A stretch of DNA of 64,000 nt from IMGVR_UViG_3300045996_002337:62001-126000, one strand, 5' to 3'. Positions 38,444 to 48,329 are shown, numbered from the stretch's first letter. Made by a program: numbers and translations. The notes: generated by a model not told the origin, from the letters alone.

Positions 38444-41158
38444 TTAAAACTTGAGGATGGATTTGACCATGGATTTCTGCGGGGTTGGAATCTCCCAGTC
38501 GAGCGCTTCAAAGATCCGCTCGAGCTTAGCATCAATCATCTTGTCCTCGGTTTTCTTCTTGTCCATCTTAAAGTTGTCGAGGAACCACTGCGGAAACCTG
38601 CTGGTGTCAGCTGGGAACGCAATTGATTTTAGCGCCCGTTCGTTTGGTTGCAGATAGAAAACAATCCCCTTGTCCCCAGCCCTTAGCAGCTTCGCGACAC
38701 CTGGCTCAAATTCCTGGGCAAGCTCGTTGTAATTGATGGCAGCACGCACGTGACCAGGCAAGTTGACACGCCCCTTTCCTGGTTTTTCAACACGTTGCCA
38801 CTCCGCGTATTTTGCATCGAGGTTATTGATCTGCTTGGCCGCTCCGAGTTGGATCGGGTCTTTAACGGCACGAACGAGAACGCTACGTTGCGTGTTAATG
38901 TATTTCTCGACGTCCTCATAGCTGCCCCCATCAAGGATGATGTCCATGAGATGCTTCAAGAAATCCTGAATCACTTTTGGAGTATCTGCTTTCTTCATCT
39001 CCGAACCGACCGTCTTGAGCTTCGGTGGGTTGAGGTCGAAGCCATCAAGGTTCACCACCTTGATGGTGTACTTCTTCTTTGCGTTCAGGAACAGACCCTT
39101 GGAGCCAACGATTTCGCGACCAGCTTTGATGAGATCATCGTGCTTCGGCTGGCAGTTGAAGGTCTTGCGCATGAAGCCAGGGAACATGTCGTTCACGGCT
39201 TCGGCAACCGCGTCTGCAATCTGAATCGCATCTTCCTTGTTCGTGGCATTCGTCTTGAAGTAGCACGAGTCGGTGTCCGACAGAAGAATCACGTCACTGT
39301 CCGTGTGGTAGATGTTAGAGACACTGCCGTCCTTGTCAACATGCATGCTCTTCGACACCGTGCACTTCTTGCCTGTCACTAACTCGCCGATCTGCTCGAT
39401 CATGAACGTCGTGATCTGACGGCCGCACGCGGTAACCGAAGCACCCATCTCCTTCCGGCCAAGGCGGAAGTGTGGAGAAAGCAGGGCGCCGTAGGTTGAG
39501 TTCAGCTGAATCTTCTTGGTCAGCTGTAGAAGGTCGTAGTGATCTACCTGCTTGTTCGCCTCAACGAGCTGAGAGGTAAGCTCTGCATCCTCTGGCTTTT
39601 CCTTGAGCTGAGCTTGCAGTTCCTTGACAACCTTCTGCCACTTCTTCTTTTCTGCTTGCAGACGTTTACGTTCTGCGTACCAGAATTCGATGGCCTCAGG
39701 CACGATGCCGAGGCCATTCCCTTCGTCGAAGACCGTGCCAAACGCGGTGATGACCCACTTATTGTCGATCATGGCTTTCCACCACTCAGCACCAGTCATG
39801 GTGACCGATTCATGGTGATCATTTACCATGGTGTGCATCTCGTCGTCCATGTCGAGGATGCCGCGCCAATCTTCCTCACCGTTAGCGAACTGACCGATAA
39901 ACTTCTCAGGTGAGATGTTCAACGCGCGAATCACCGATGGATACAGAGAGTTGATGTCAACGGAACCAAGCCAGTCATGCAACCCAACGAGTGGAGAGAG
40001 CACAAGCGCGCCCTCGACCTTCTCACCGTCAGTCATGATCCGCTTGTCAGCGACGATCAGGTTGTGGACGTTGTGAGCTCGGTTAGTGATGCCAGTTTCT
40101 ACATAGCGCACGGTGCCCTTCATGTTCTCAAATAGGCACGTGTTCTCATGCGCCATCTGGTTCACGAGGGCGATGAACTTGAACTTGTCATCGAGTTTCA
40201 CCAGAACTTCAACGTCTCGAGCGTTGTATGCGACGAAGTGCGCGAAGTCACGATTATAGAGCTGCTCAAGAGTTCCGTCATACTCCAGTTTTGGAATATC
40301 GAGCTCTTCGGCGGCGATGTTAGCCAGAGAGTAAGAGGTGCGCCCTTCAAAGGTGAACTTCTTGAAGAGATCCAAGTAGTCAAGGTGGGTTCGACCGTTG
40401 AGTTTGTACACGATCGAAGGCGAACCATAACGTTCGACTGTGCTTTCCTTCGGTGGCTTGCATCCAATGAAGCTCATCTTGTTGGCGAGCTTCGGGTTGA
40501 CGCGCTCAATCCGCTTCATGATATACGGAAGGTCGAAGAACTCCGAGTTCCAGCCAGAAATGATGTCGGCGTCTTGAATGTCATTGACCATCTCGCGGAT
40601 GAGCTCTGCTTCATCCACACACAGGACAACGTTAGGTTCAAAGCCGAGTTTGTGCTCTGCCCACAGCGCCTTGATCTTGGCGTGAAAATCATCCTTAAGA
40701 ACACGCCAACCTTTCGGTGGGACTGCGTACGTCAGGTACTTTTTAGTCCAAGACTGGTAGATCGTGACGGCGTTGATTGGCGCGTATGGGTTCTCGGGCG
40801 ACGAGAAGCCAAGAGATGACTTGTAGTCAACTTCAATGTCAAGGAAGGCGTAGTGAACATCCGGGACGGGTCGAGCATAGTACTCATTCATGAGCACCTT
40901 GAACAAAGGAGGGATGTCGCTTTCGAACTTGCGTGAGTAGTTTCTCGCGTGCTGCTGAAATTCATCTTTGTTGTCAAAGACCAATTTTTTCAGCTTGTCT
41001 CCATAGATGGAGGTGTACTCGCCTTCTTCATCTGGCACGTAAAAATAATGCGGTGCATGATGAGCTACAACTTTGCGCCCACCTTCGCCTCGCTCCCATA
41101 CCATAACTGCGTCGGTATCCCAGTCATAAACTGCTCCAACGTAACTTGCTTGCGTCAT
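38444..41158 (-). CDS. gp43: Family B DNA polymerase (gp43-like)
   Basis: Exo 'DIE', 'GWNSEFFD', 'YN.RD'; Pol 'DINSLYPS', 'KIQLNSTYG', 'SDTDS'; start 41158 with AGGAG SD. Confidence 0.95.
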   Translation of the reverse strand: MTQASYVGAVYDWDTDAVMVWERGEGGRKVVAHHAPHYFYVPDEEGEYTSIYGDKLKKLVFDNKDEFQQHARNYSRKFESDIPPLFKVLMNEYYARPVPDVHYAFLDIEVDYKSSLGFSSPENPYAPINAVTIYQSWTKKYLTYAVPPKGWRVLKDDFHAKIKALWAEHKLGFEPNVVLCVDEAELIREMVNDIQDADIISGWNSEFFDLPYIMKRIERVNPKLANKMSFIGCKPPKESTVERYGSPSIVYKLNGRTHLDYLDLFKKFTFEGRTSYSLANIAAEELDIPKLEYDGTLEQLYNRDFAHFVAYNARDVEVLVKLDDKFKFIALVNQMAHENTCLFENMKGTVRYVETGITNRAHNVHNLIVADKRIMTDGEKVEGALVLSPLVGLHDWLGSVDINSLYPSVIRALNISPEKFIGQFANGEEDWRGILDMDDEMHTMVNDHHESVTMTGAEWWKAMIDNKWVITAFGTVFDEGNGLGIVPEAIEFWYAERKRLQAEKKKWQKVVKELQAQLKEKPEDAELTSQLVEANKQVDHYDLLQLTKKIQLNSTYGALLSPHFRLGRKEMGASVTACGRQITTFMIEQIGELVTGKKCTVSKSMHVDKDGSVSNIYHTDSDVILLSDTDSCYFKTNATNKEDAIQIADAVAEAVNDMFPGFMRKTFNCQPKHDDLIKAGREIVGSKGLFLNAKKKYTIKVVNLDGFDLNPPKLKTVGSEMKKADTPKVIQDFLKHLMDIILDGGSYEDVEKYINTQRSVLVRAVKDPIQLGAAKQINNLDAKYAEWQRVEKPGKGRVNLPGHVRAAINYNELAQEFEPGVAKLLRAGDKGIVFYLQPNERALKSIAFPADTSRFPQWFLDNFKMDKKKTEDKMIDAKLERIFEALDWEIPTPQKSMVKSILKF

Positions 41159-41211
41159 ATTTCTCCTTTGCAACCTTTTACGGCGTTGCTACCAAGTTTT
41201 GTGTGTTGCTC

Positions 41212-41445
41212 TTATTTCCGAGAAGCTTCGGTCTTATCACGAACAATTATCTCTGTGCACGATGCATGCCCATGAACGCATTCTGTTGGCATCCCTTCTG
41301 GAAAAGTGCAGCAGCAATCTGCACAAATCCAAGAGCACTCGCCCCTCGCAGCGGTGTATGTCCACTGCTGCAGTGCGATATCCATCTCAGTGAGCAGTAA
41401 TGAAAGATCCTGCGTGCTCGCGATAAAAATGCCAGGTGGCGTCAT
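41212..41445 (-). CDS. Small Cys-rich hypothetical protein
   Basis: 'CSWICADCCC...C.H.H..C'. Confidence 0.45.
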   Translation of the reverse strand: MTPPGIFIASTQDLSLLLTEMDIALQQWTYTAARGECSWICADCCCTFPEGMPTECVHGHASCTEIIVRDKTEASRK

Positions 41446-41446
41446 A

Positions 41447-41779
41447 TCAGTCGTCGTTGGGGGCGATGTTGTTGTCCTGCATGACGAAGTCAATCAGGTC
41501 GACGAGCTCTTCCAGCTTGTCCTTGCGCTGCAGGTAGTCGTTGCTATAAACCATTGCGACATACTGGTTGAAGACTGCAGGCTTGAGACCGAGTTCATCA
41601 AGCGCGTTGTCACGCAGCGCCTTGATGTTTTCTTGCTCGTGTTGAATCTTCTGCTTGCACTTGACGGCTTCGTCAACGTATGAAGACAGCTTTGCCTTCA
41701 TGGACGGCTGCGTCATGATCTCGCGAATTTCACGGAACTTGGAGGACTTGCCGGTCAGGTCAGTAACATTATTTGCCAT
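41447..41779 (-). CDS. T4 DsbA-like double-stranded DNA-binding protein
   Basis: 'EA...K.KI....E.IK..R..A.DELG....FN' resembles T4 DsbA. Confidence 0.7.
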   Translation of the reverse strand: MANNVTDLTGKSSKFREIREIMTQPSMKAKLSSYVDEAVKCKQKIQHEQENIKALRDNALDELGLKPAVFNQYVAMVYSNDYLQRKDKLEELVDLIDFVMQDNNIAPNDD

Positions 41780-41863
41780 GATTGTTTTGAATTGAGGGTG
41801 AAAGAAATGTTTCGATGGTAACATTGTACCATAAACACGGGAACCGCCAGGTGAAGCGGAGAA

Positions 41864-42256
41864 TCAGTTAAGCGAGGAATCACCGCGAGGCACCATGAAA
41901 ACTGACACCTTGCCAGTTGCATGAATGTTGCGGGCCTCTGCTTCTATTTTGCTGAACAGCCAAAGACGAGAAAGTTCATCCTCTGCCCAGTCACGCGAGC
42001 GCGTTTCAACCCCAGTGTGGAGGGGATTGGCCTCACTGCTTACCATAAATTGCAGGGAGCTGTGCGCGTTGATGTCAGCAGCGATGTCATCCATTAGTCG
42101 ACGAGCGCTGCTGATGCACTCGGTATATGAGCCAAATGCACGCGAGTTCAGTGAAATATCACTTACTGTGGGGAACGCCAACTTCGATGCACAGGTCGGC
42201 AGCTCACTGAGCTTGATCGTCGCGCAATACGAAAAATTTGAAATTTGCAGGTTCAT
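41864..42256 (-). CDS. Hypothetical protein
   Basis: Coupled ORF. Confidence 0.45.
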   Translation of the reverse strand: MNLQISNFSYCATIKLSELPTCASKLAFPTVSDISLNSRAFGSYTECISSARRLMDDIAADINAHSSLQFMVSSEANPLHTGVETRSRDWAEDELSRLWLFSKIEAEARNIHATGKVSVFMVPRGDSSLN

Positions 42257-42714
42257 CAGTTCAGCTTGATGTCAGAGTGTGCTTTGATCAGCTCGCTGTA
42301 CGGCGGAAGATCAAAAGGGCGGCAGGCCAACTTGCCAGCAATGATGTCGCGGTCGTTAGCGCTGACGCTAACAACCTTAATTGTGAATGGGCTCCCATCC
42401 ATCCCAACGAACCGCATGTTTTCGGTAGTTTCATCGCCATCAAGCGCCTCTTCAATCTCCTCGGCGGAGGATGGGATGTAAAGAGGATTGAGTGTCGTGA
42501 ACTCAGTGAAGTCATCAATGAGTCGGGTTTTGACGTCATCGACCGTTTTGTCTAACGCTAGGGTTGCTTGGATATCATTCTTGAAATCGGTCGAGATTAA
42601 CACGGCGTCGAGAATATCGCTAGCAACCGCCGCCGAAAGGGCTGAAGCCACGTATTCAACGGCTTCGCCCTCCACGCGTACTACGTAAAAACAATCGGTT
42701 GGTGGGGTTATCAT
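42256..42714 (-). CDS. Hypothetical protein
   Basis: Coupled ORF. Confidence 0.5.
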   Translation of the reverse strand: MITPPTDCFYVVRVEGEAVEYVASALSAAVASDILDAVLISTDFKNDIQATLALDKTVDDVKTRLIDDFTEFTTLNPLYIPSSAEEIEEALDGDETTENMRFVGMDGSPFTIKVVSVSANDRDIIAGKLACRPFDLPPYSELIKAHSDIKLN

Positions 42715-43829
42715 GCGTCAGGTCCAATAATTACCCGTCCATCAACTACAAGTTGCTCTTCAACTCCAGCTGTGGCGGTTTTGATAGTTGATTCTATCGC
42801 AAATTTGCCGAAGCGGAGTGGCGGATAAAGGTTGGTCAGCGCGCTTTCAGTGACTCTAGCTGTGGTGACGGAGTCAACCGCGTAGTACTTGATGTAGTCA
42901 CGCTCGGCGCTGAGGTCCTCTAGAGCAACAACAATGTCTCCGTACCGGTCAACTTTTGTGTATGGTTGGCGGGCAAGAAGAAAGAAGGCGTCCCGCTCCT
43001 GTGGAACTAAGATGCTGTTGAGCTTGAGCTCTGACGTTACGTCGTCAAGGTCTAGCGTGAAAAGATAATAGCGAACCCAATTTCCTTCCATGAACCGGTC
43101 AACATACGACACGTTCTCATATGCCCCGCTCCGCCCCCCATCGGCCACGTTGCGAAGGAAGGTCATTGTGACAGCAGATGATGCGGCCTCCTTAGAGACA
43201 ACGATGTCGACCTGCGTAACTCCAGGCGCGTCGATTGGCGTGTTGAAAACGATTGTGTTTGGCGGAGCGCTGCCAGTTGCTGACCCGGTAAAGACCTGAA
43301 AATCCTCGGGATCAGTCCCTTGTTCCCGCTTTACGCCATTGACAAACACCTCAATAACGTCAGGTGTTGCGCCATATGCGGTGAAGCGGAGAGCTTTCTT
43401 TTCTAAACCACTTTCAACACCAGAAATCGTTGAGAAGGATCCTTCTTTTCTGAAAACGTACTGTCTAAACGCTTTTGGTGCATCAGCAATGACGGCAAGC
43501 TCAAGCTCGACGACTGCGTCGGATGCAGGGGCAGTTGCGAAAGGAACAGCGAGAACCAACTGCTTCAATTCACCTGTTTCCAGACCTATCAGTTGCTCTT
43601 CCTGAATTGGTTTTGACTGTGCTGCGGTTGACCCGCGTGGTCGCCAGTCAGTTACACCTACCTCAGGGGCTACAGCAATGCCAGCATTGGAACGATATTC
43701 GAGGAGCTGTAAGCGCCCCTCACACCCCAATGTGATTGTGCATTGATCTGGGGTGTAGTGCGTGACATCAACAAGTTTGTCAATGTCACGTTTACAGGTG
43801 GCACACTTGAGGCGTTGGTATTTTTTCAT
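42711..43829 (-). CDS. Hypothetical (probable virion) protein with N-terminal CxxC..C...C
   Basis: Downstream of late promoter 44073-44079; 'VFVNGV' beta motif as in the structural genes. Confidence 0.5.
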   Translation of the reverse strand: MKKYQRLKCATCKRDIDKLVDVTHYTPDQCTITLGCEGRLQLLEYRSNAGIAVAPEVGVTDWRPRGSTAAQSKPIQEEQLIGLETGELKQLVLAVPFATAPASDAVVELELAVIADAPKAFRQYVFRKEGSFSTISGVESGLEKKALRFTAYGATPDVIEVFVNGVKREQGTDPEDFQVFTGSATGSAPPNTIVFNTPIDAPGVTQVDIVVSKEAASSAVTMTFLRNVADGGRSGAYENVSYVDRFMEGNWVRYYLFTLDLDDVTSELKLNSILVPQERDAFFLLARQPYTKVDRYGDIVVALEDLSAERDYIKYYAVDSVTTARVTESALTNLYPPLRFGKFAIESTIKTATAGVEEQLVVDGRVIIGPDA

Positions 43830-44062
43830 TTAGTCGGCGTTTGGTAGCGCCGAAGAATCACATCCACATCGTTGCAGTTGAAGGCATGGCCGTTCTCAAA
43901 ATTATCAACCTTGAGACACGTACCAGCGGCGTCTTTGTGAACCATCGGCAGGGTCCTGAAATCCTTGTACAAAAGGAAAGTGCACGTCATGACTGAAGAA
44001 ATCGTGGCCATCGAAATTGCCAACACGATCATTTGACCCGCAGTAACGTTCATGAACTTCAT
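43826..44062 (-). CDS. Small single-TM membrane protein
   Basis: Hydrophobic N-helix plus two C-terminal Cys. Confidence 0.5.
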   Translation of the reverse strand: MKFMNVTAGQMIVLAISMATISSVMTCTFLLYKDFRTLPMVHKDAAGTCLKVDNFENGHAFNCNDVDVILRRYQTPTK

Positions 44063-44071
44063 TTTGCTTCC

Positions 44072-44263
44072 TTATTTATTATCAGGGTTGATGATGGCAA
44101 AGAGCGTTTGGGGGTTAACCCATTTCTTCCAAGAGCCATCGTACTCATTTGCTGGGGTGATCTCAACTAGGATCATCTTTTGTTTGCCGCCTGGCATATC
44201 CTTCTGGGCTTCACGCCCAGTCTTTCTCACTTCAATTTCACCGTGTACAAAGGTATCTGTCAT
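44072..44263 (-). CDS. Hypothetical protein
   Basis: ATGA-coupled ORF. Confidence 0.5.
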   Translation of the reverse strand: MTDTFVHGEIEVRKTGREAQKDMPGGKQKMILVEITPANEYDGSWKKWVNPQTLFAIINPDNK

Positions 44264-44613
44264 GATCGTGGTTTGATTTCTGCAACAACTCCGGTTTGGA
44301 GTTCGTGCCGCGCAAAGCCATTCCAGAGGCCAGCCAGGTTGGCAGCCCCAACGGGGTTTGCTGAGTGAATGATGATTCGCTTGACGGCATTCAGGTCGAG
44401 CGTTTTATCGAGGTGGCTTTCAACGAGAAACCACATGAATTCCATGGCCGTCGGTTCTCTTTTGCCGAGGTCGTGGTCAAAGCTAATGACCACAGGTACG
44501 CCTAGCGCGGCAACCGCTGTTACCGCGTCAGAAACCGTACGCACCACGTACACGTCCTGACCTAGATCCCAAGTAGGATCTCGAATGTCATCAAGAAACA
44601 GAGTGTATGTCAT
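44260..44613 (-). CDS. Cyclic-phosphate-processing receiver (Rec)-domain protein
   Basis: 'LFLDDIR.P', 'ISFDHDLG', 'IHSANPVG'; start moved to 44613. Confidence 0.75.
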   Translation of the reverse strand: MTYTLFLDDIRDPTWDLGQDVYVVRTVSDAVTAVAALGVPVVISFDHDLGKREPTAMEFMWFLVESHLDKTLDLNAVKRIIIHSANPVGAANLAGLWNGFARHELQTGVVAEIKPRS

Positions 44614-44644
44614 GAAGCCATTATAACACACGGCCTCAAGGGTG

Positions 44645-45115
44645 TTAACTGTTTCTCTTCTTAAATACTGACGCGGCAGTGTGAACCTCAGCAATGGCAA
44701 GGTCAAGGTCAGTGAAGACCTGCTTTCCATGTTTTCGACACGTCACTTGGATATTTGTCGACCTCCAAAATTCTTCAGGGCAGCAAATGACGGTGCCAGG
44801 TCTATTGATGTAGAGACCTAGCTCCAGCATAGTTACCGGTGAAATGGAGCCTGGAGCAAAATAAAAGAGAATGCCATCGGCGGCGTCCAGTGCGTTTAGC
44901 TCCCAATAAATCTGCTCATTGAGTTCAAACTTCGTCGGGTTTTTGACCCAATTTGCTCGTCGCGGGTTATAGAGTGTAACCTTTTCTTTTTTGAGCCGGT
45001 CAATTACATGACTCTGCCAGTCCACTGCGGCCCCATCATCAATGGACCCCGCAAGAAAAACAGTCGGATCATTAGAAATGGTTGGGATACGATCAGGGGC
45101 GGTGAACAGCTGCAT
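44645..45115 (-). CDS. Nucleoside 2-deoxyribosyltransferase-like protein
   Basis: 'VFLAGSI...DWQ', 'NPRR', 'QI.WEL', 'SP.T.LELG'. Confidence 0.8.
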   Translation of the reverse strand: MQLFTAPDRIPTISNDPTVFLAGSIDDGAAVDWQSHVIDRLKKEKVTLYNPRRANWVKNPTKFELNEQIYWELNALDAADGILFYFAPGSISPVTMLELGLYINRPGTVICCPEEFWRSTNIQVTCRKHGKQVFTDLDLAIAEVHTAASVFKKRNS

Positions 45116-45720
45116 TAACCCTCCAGAGCTTGGTTAAACATAGCTCGCATGTTGCGAACTACTTCGAGTGCCATCAGCGCATCATCTAGCGCGTTGTGAG
45201 CACCTTCGCGCGTCTTGCCGGTGAAGAACTCAAACACGTCATCGGATCGATACTTGCCGATCGCAATGAAGCCGGCACCTGACGTCTCAAGGCTAACATG
45301 GTGTGGCACAAGCTGCACATCGAAATCATTTGCAAGCTGCAGTGTAAAGTCAATGTCGAACTGCACATTGTGACCGAGGAAGAAGATCTTCGATTCGGCA
45401 CCAATGTAACGCAAAATCAGGTCGAGCAAATCGGCAAGGGCTTCATCACGAGGAATGCCGTTTGCAGCCAGGTGGGTTTGTGAGAGACCGTGGATCTTCT
45501 CAGCGTCTTCGGACCACTTGTACTTGGACGAATCGAAATGCAGTTCACGGTAAAGGGTTTCTACAGGTTCGAAAGTTTCTGTGTTGAAGATCACCGCGCC
45601 AAATGAGATACCTTGGTAGCTCTTCGAGCTATCGCCACCGAAGTCAGATCCGCTGGTTTCCCAGTCGATGGAAATCCCAAATTTTCCTGGCGAATGGCGA
45701 GAATAAGGTTTAGCTGTCAT
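45115..45720 (-). CDS. DEDDh 3'-5' exonuclease
   Basis: 'IDWETSG', 'GHNVQFD', 'HNALDDA'. Confidence 0.85.
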   Translation of the reverse strand: MTAKPYSRHSPGKFGISIDWETSGSDFGGDSSKSYQGISFGAVIFNTETFEPVETLYRELHFDSSKYKWSEDAEKIHGLSQTHLAANGIPRDEALADLLDLILRYIGAESKIFFLGHNVQFDIDFTLQLANDFDVQLVPHHVSLETSGAGFIAIGKYRSDDVFEFFTGKTREGAHNALDDALMALEVVRNMRAMFNQALEG

Positions 45721-46325
45721 AGTGTTTTGATCCAGTTGTTAACTTGGTCAATTCTACCTTGAACAGAGCCTTCTGTAATCCTGAATACAGGTACGTCTTT
45801 AGGATTCTTTACCTCAAAGAAGCGATCAAGCTGCTCAACAATAAAACCAATGTCCTTCTGCGCGGCACGATTAGGATCTGCCTGCCATGCAATGTGCGGC
45901 ATGAATGGGAGAAGAATATTGCCTGCGTAGACATGCTGAAAGCGGGCGCACTCGTCGACAAACTTGAGACTGAAGGTGACGGCATCCTCTACTGACCACT
46001 TACCAGCATGTGCCAGTTCCCAGCTCCAGAGCTGGGTGTAGGACGCGATGTCAGCAAACGTGCGTTCAGTTAACACGATATCCACATCTGTTCGCTGGGA
46101 GTTAAAGAAATCACGTTCGTACTTTACGTCACGCACCTTCTCTTGAAACATCATCATCGTAGCCACGCTCGATGTTGCGTTCTCGAGACTTTCCCAACCG
46201 AGGTCCGCCTGCACTTTACGTGAAACTTTGAAGTCGTCAACAACGATTCCATTACCCTTCAAACCATTGAGCAGCGTGGTCTTGCCACCACCCTGGGGGC
46301 CGCTGAGGCCGATGACTTTAGACAT
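45717..46325 (-). CDS. P-loop nucleotide kinase-like protein (AAA_28/dNMP kinase-like)
   Basis: 'IGLSGPQGGGKTT', 'TERT..D...Y'. Confidence 0.7.
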   Translation of the reverse strand: MSKVIGLSGPQGGGKTTLLNGLKGNGIVVDDFKVSRKVQADLGWESLENATSSVATMMMFQEKVRDVKYERDFFNSQRTDVDIVLTERTFADIASYTQLWSWELAHAGKWSVEDAVTFSLKFVDECARFQHVYAGNILLPFMPHIAWQADPNRAAQKDIGFIVEQLDRFFEVKNPKDVPVFRITEGSVQGRIDQVNNWIKTL

Positions 46326-46689
46326 AGATAACCTTCTTCAATTGTTTCATGTCACGATCGAGCTCAGACTGCGACAGGTCCTTTGCATGAAAACCGATGT
46401 CCTGAGACAGGAATTCGACGAAATGGTATGTGATGACAACCTTCGGCTCTTGATTCAAGGCCATAATAGGCGACGTGGCCCAAGTATCTTCGCCCCGTTG
46501 GTGAAGCGTATAAGTGCTGACGCCTCGCTCGCCCATGAACTTTGAAATAAACCCTGGCACGGTATCACCTCGCTTGAGTGCGCTTATCCCTCTAGCGAGG
46601 GTCGTCTTTAAATGCCCGCGGCCAATGAAGCCCGAGCCTGTGATAATCGTCGCTACGACTTTTACCAGTCGCTTGTCGTTCTTGATCAT
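46318..46689 (-). CDS. Hypothetical protein
   Basis: Coupled ORF. Confidence 0.45.
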   Translation of the reverse strand: MIKNDKRLVKVVATIITGSGFIGRGHLKTTLARGISALKRGDTVPGFISKFMGERGVSTYTLHQRGEDTWATSPIMALNQEPKVVITYHFVEFLSQDIGFHAKDLSQSELDRDMKQLKKVIYV

Positions 46690-47447
46690 TCGCCGTCTTC
46701 TTCTAAGAATGGAGGCTCTTCCACATCAACATGCGTGCTTTGTTGAAGAGATTCGAGTGCAAGCCCTACAGTGGTTGGGAGACCAGGAACCCCACGCCGA
46801 CGTAGAATCTCAAGGTTCATTGGAAGACAAATCACCTCTTCATCTGTCACATGCGCTTGTGCATTCTTCATGACCTGCAGGGGCATGTAGGCTGCAAACA
46901 TATGCAGCGCATATGAGCCTGGTTGGTTGTCATACATAGCCGCGCGGTGCTTTTTGCCGACATAGACCCAATCAATGCCGTGCATTTCTGAGTCGAGCCC
47001 GGTTTCTTCATAGAACTCGCGCTTCATGGCGGCGAAGGGGAATTCATTTGCTTCGATTTTGCCACCAATGCCGTTCAGCAGCCCGTTTTGCCAACGTGGG
47101 CGGTTCTTCCAAACAAGCAAGACGTGTGTCCGATCGTAATTGAAAGCAAAACCGAGGGCGTACTTGGCGTCAACCTCATGCGGATCTGGATGCATGTCCC
47201 GCTTGGCTTGATCGATGGATTCTTTGATCTTCCTATCTGAGATACGTCCGGCTTTCAACACCTCGATTGCCTCAGGCGTGAACATCCCAGTCTCTAGCAT
47301 CGCGTATGACATCTTTTTGATGGCAGTATCGCGCTTCTTAAGCAGGTCAAATTCTGCAGTGGTGTCGATCGCCACAGTGCGCTTGCCAGGGCTGGGGTAA
47401 CCTGCAACTTCGTTGGGGGTCGGGATATCACGCGTGCGTTTGACCAT
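46686..47447 (-). CDS. NUDIX hydrolase with N-terminal extension
   Basis: Nudix box 'GGKIEANE....AMKREFYEETG'; start 47447 with AGGAG SD. Confidence 0.85.
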   Translation of the reverse strand: MVKRTRDIPTPNEVAGYPSPGKRTVAIDTTAEFDLLKKRDTAIKKMSYAMLETGMFTPEAIEVLKAGRISDRKIKESIDQAKRDMHPDPHEVDAKYALGFAFNYDRTHVLLVWKNRPRWQNGLLNGIGGKIEANEFPFAAMKREFYEETGLDSEMHGIDWVYVGKKHRAAMYDNQPGSYALHMFAAYMPLQVMKNAQAHVTDEEVICLPMNLEILRRRGVPGLPTTVGLALESLQQSTHVDVEEPPFLEEDGE

Positions 47448-47528
47448 TGAATGCTCCTTTATCTTTAGACACAATTGTAACATTTCTGCAACCTGTTGCA
47501 GAAAAATGTTCAGGACGGGTCTCGATCA

Positions 47529-47536
47529 TATAAATA
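47529..47536 (+). promoter_or_regulatory. T4-type late promoter (perfect TATAAATA)
   Basis: Upstream of the isolated + strand gene 47568. Confidence 0.75.
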
Positions 47537-47567
47537 TCGCAACAATCCTATTGCCTTTGAGGCCCAA

Positions 47568-48329
47568 ATGACAGTATCCTTCAAACAGTTCACCTCCTTC
47601 CTCGCTGCCGTATCAGATGGGGATCACACTGACCAGCAGCTTGATGAAATCTGGGACAAGATTCTCGGCAAAAAGAAAGAAGAGCAGGACGAGAAGGAAC
47701 AGGGCAGCAAGTCCAAGGTCCTGACTCTGAAGGACAAAATTGCCAAGGACAAGGAGAAGGCCGAACAGCGTAAGAAGGAGCTGCAGGCCCAACGTGACAA
47801 GGCCTTCCTTGATGCTAAGGACAGAGCAGAAGGCCGCAAGAAAACGCCATCAAGTCGGTACGATCGTGATGACTACGCAATCCACCGCCAAGTACGTGAA
47901 GGCAAGGAGTCCTTCACCGACGAAGGTCACTGGAAAGAAGCCGCGCAATCTGCTGGCTTCAAAGTCAAGAAGCTCTCAGGCAACTTGATGGACGGCGATC
48001 AAACCTGGGGCGCCTTTGATGGCGACAAGAAGGTTGGTGAATTCACCGAACAAGAAGAAGGTCGCGGTGGCTGGCTCATGACGAGCTTGAAGGAAGCGAA
48101 AAACATTGGCTTCTTTCAGATGTCAGATGCTTCCAAGGTAGAGAAGATGGACCTCGAGAAGGCCAAGGAATACCTAAAAGCTCAGGTAAACAAGACCGCT
48201 GCCAAGGCAGATCCAAGCAATGTGCGCAAGGCCATTGCTATGATTGACTCCGCAAAGGATGTCAAGAAACTTATGTTCGGCGTAGCGAACTTTATGATGT
48301 CCGCCGACGGCAACAAAGTTATCCGTTAA
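47568..48329 (+). CDS. Putative internal head (poly)protein
   Basis: Start MTVSFKQF (T4 targeting-leader-like), highly charged, junctions LDE, VRE-G, LKE-A. Confidence 0.55.
   Translation: MTVSFKQFTSFLAAVSDGDHTDQQLDEIWDKILGKKKEEQDEKEQGSKSKVLTLKDKIAKDKEKAEQRKKELQAQRDKAFLDAKDRAEGRKKTPSSRYDRDDYAIHRQVREGKESFTDEGHWKEAAQSAGFKVKKLSGNLMDGDQTWGAFDGDKKVGEFTEQEEGRGGWLMTSLKEAKNIGFFQMSDASKVEKMDLEKAKEYLKAQVNKTAAKADPSNVRKAIAMIDSAKDVKKLMFGVANFMMSADGNKVIR

Noticed and set aside
38444-41158. Intron or intein in the polymerase (or helicase)
   Set aside because: ORFs are continuous, of normal length, with no splice-junction motifs
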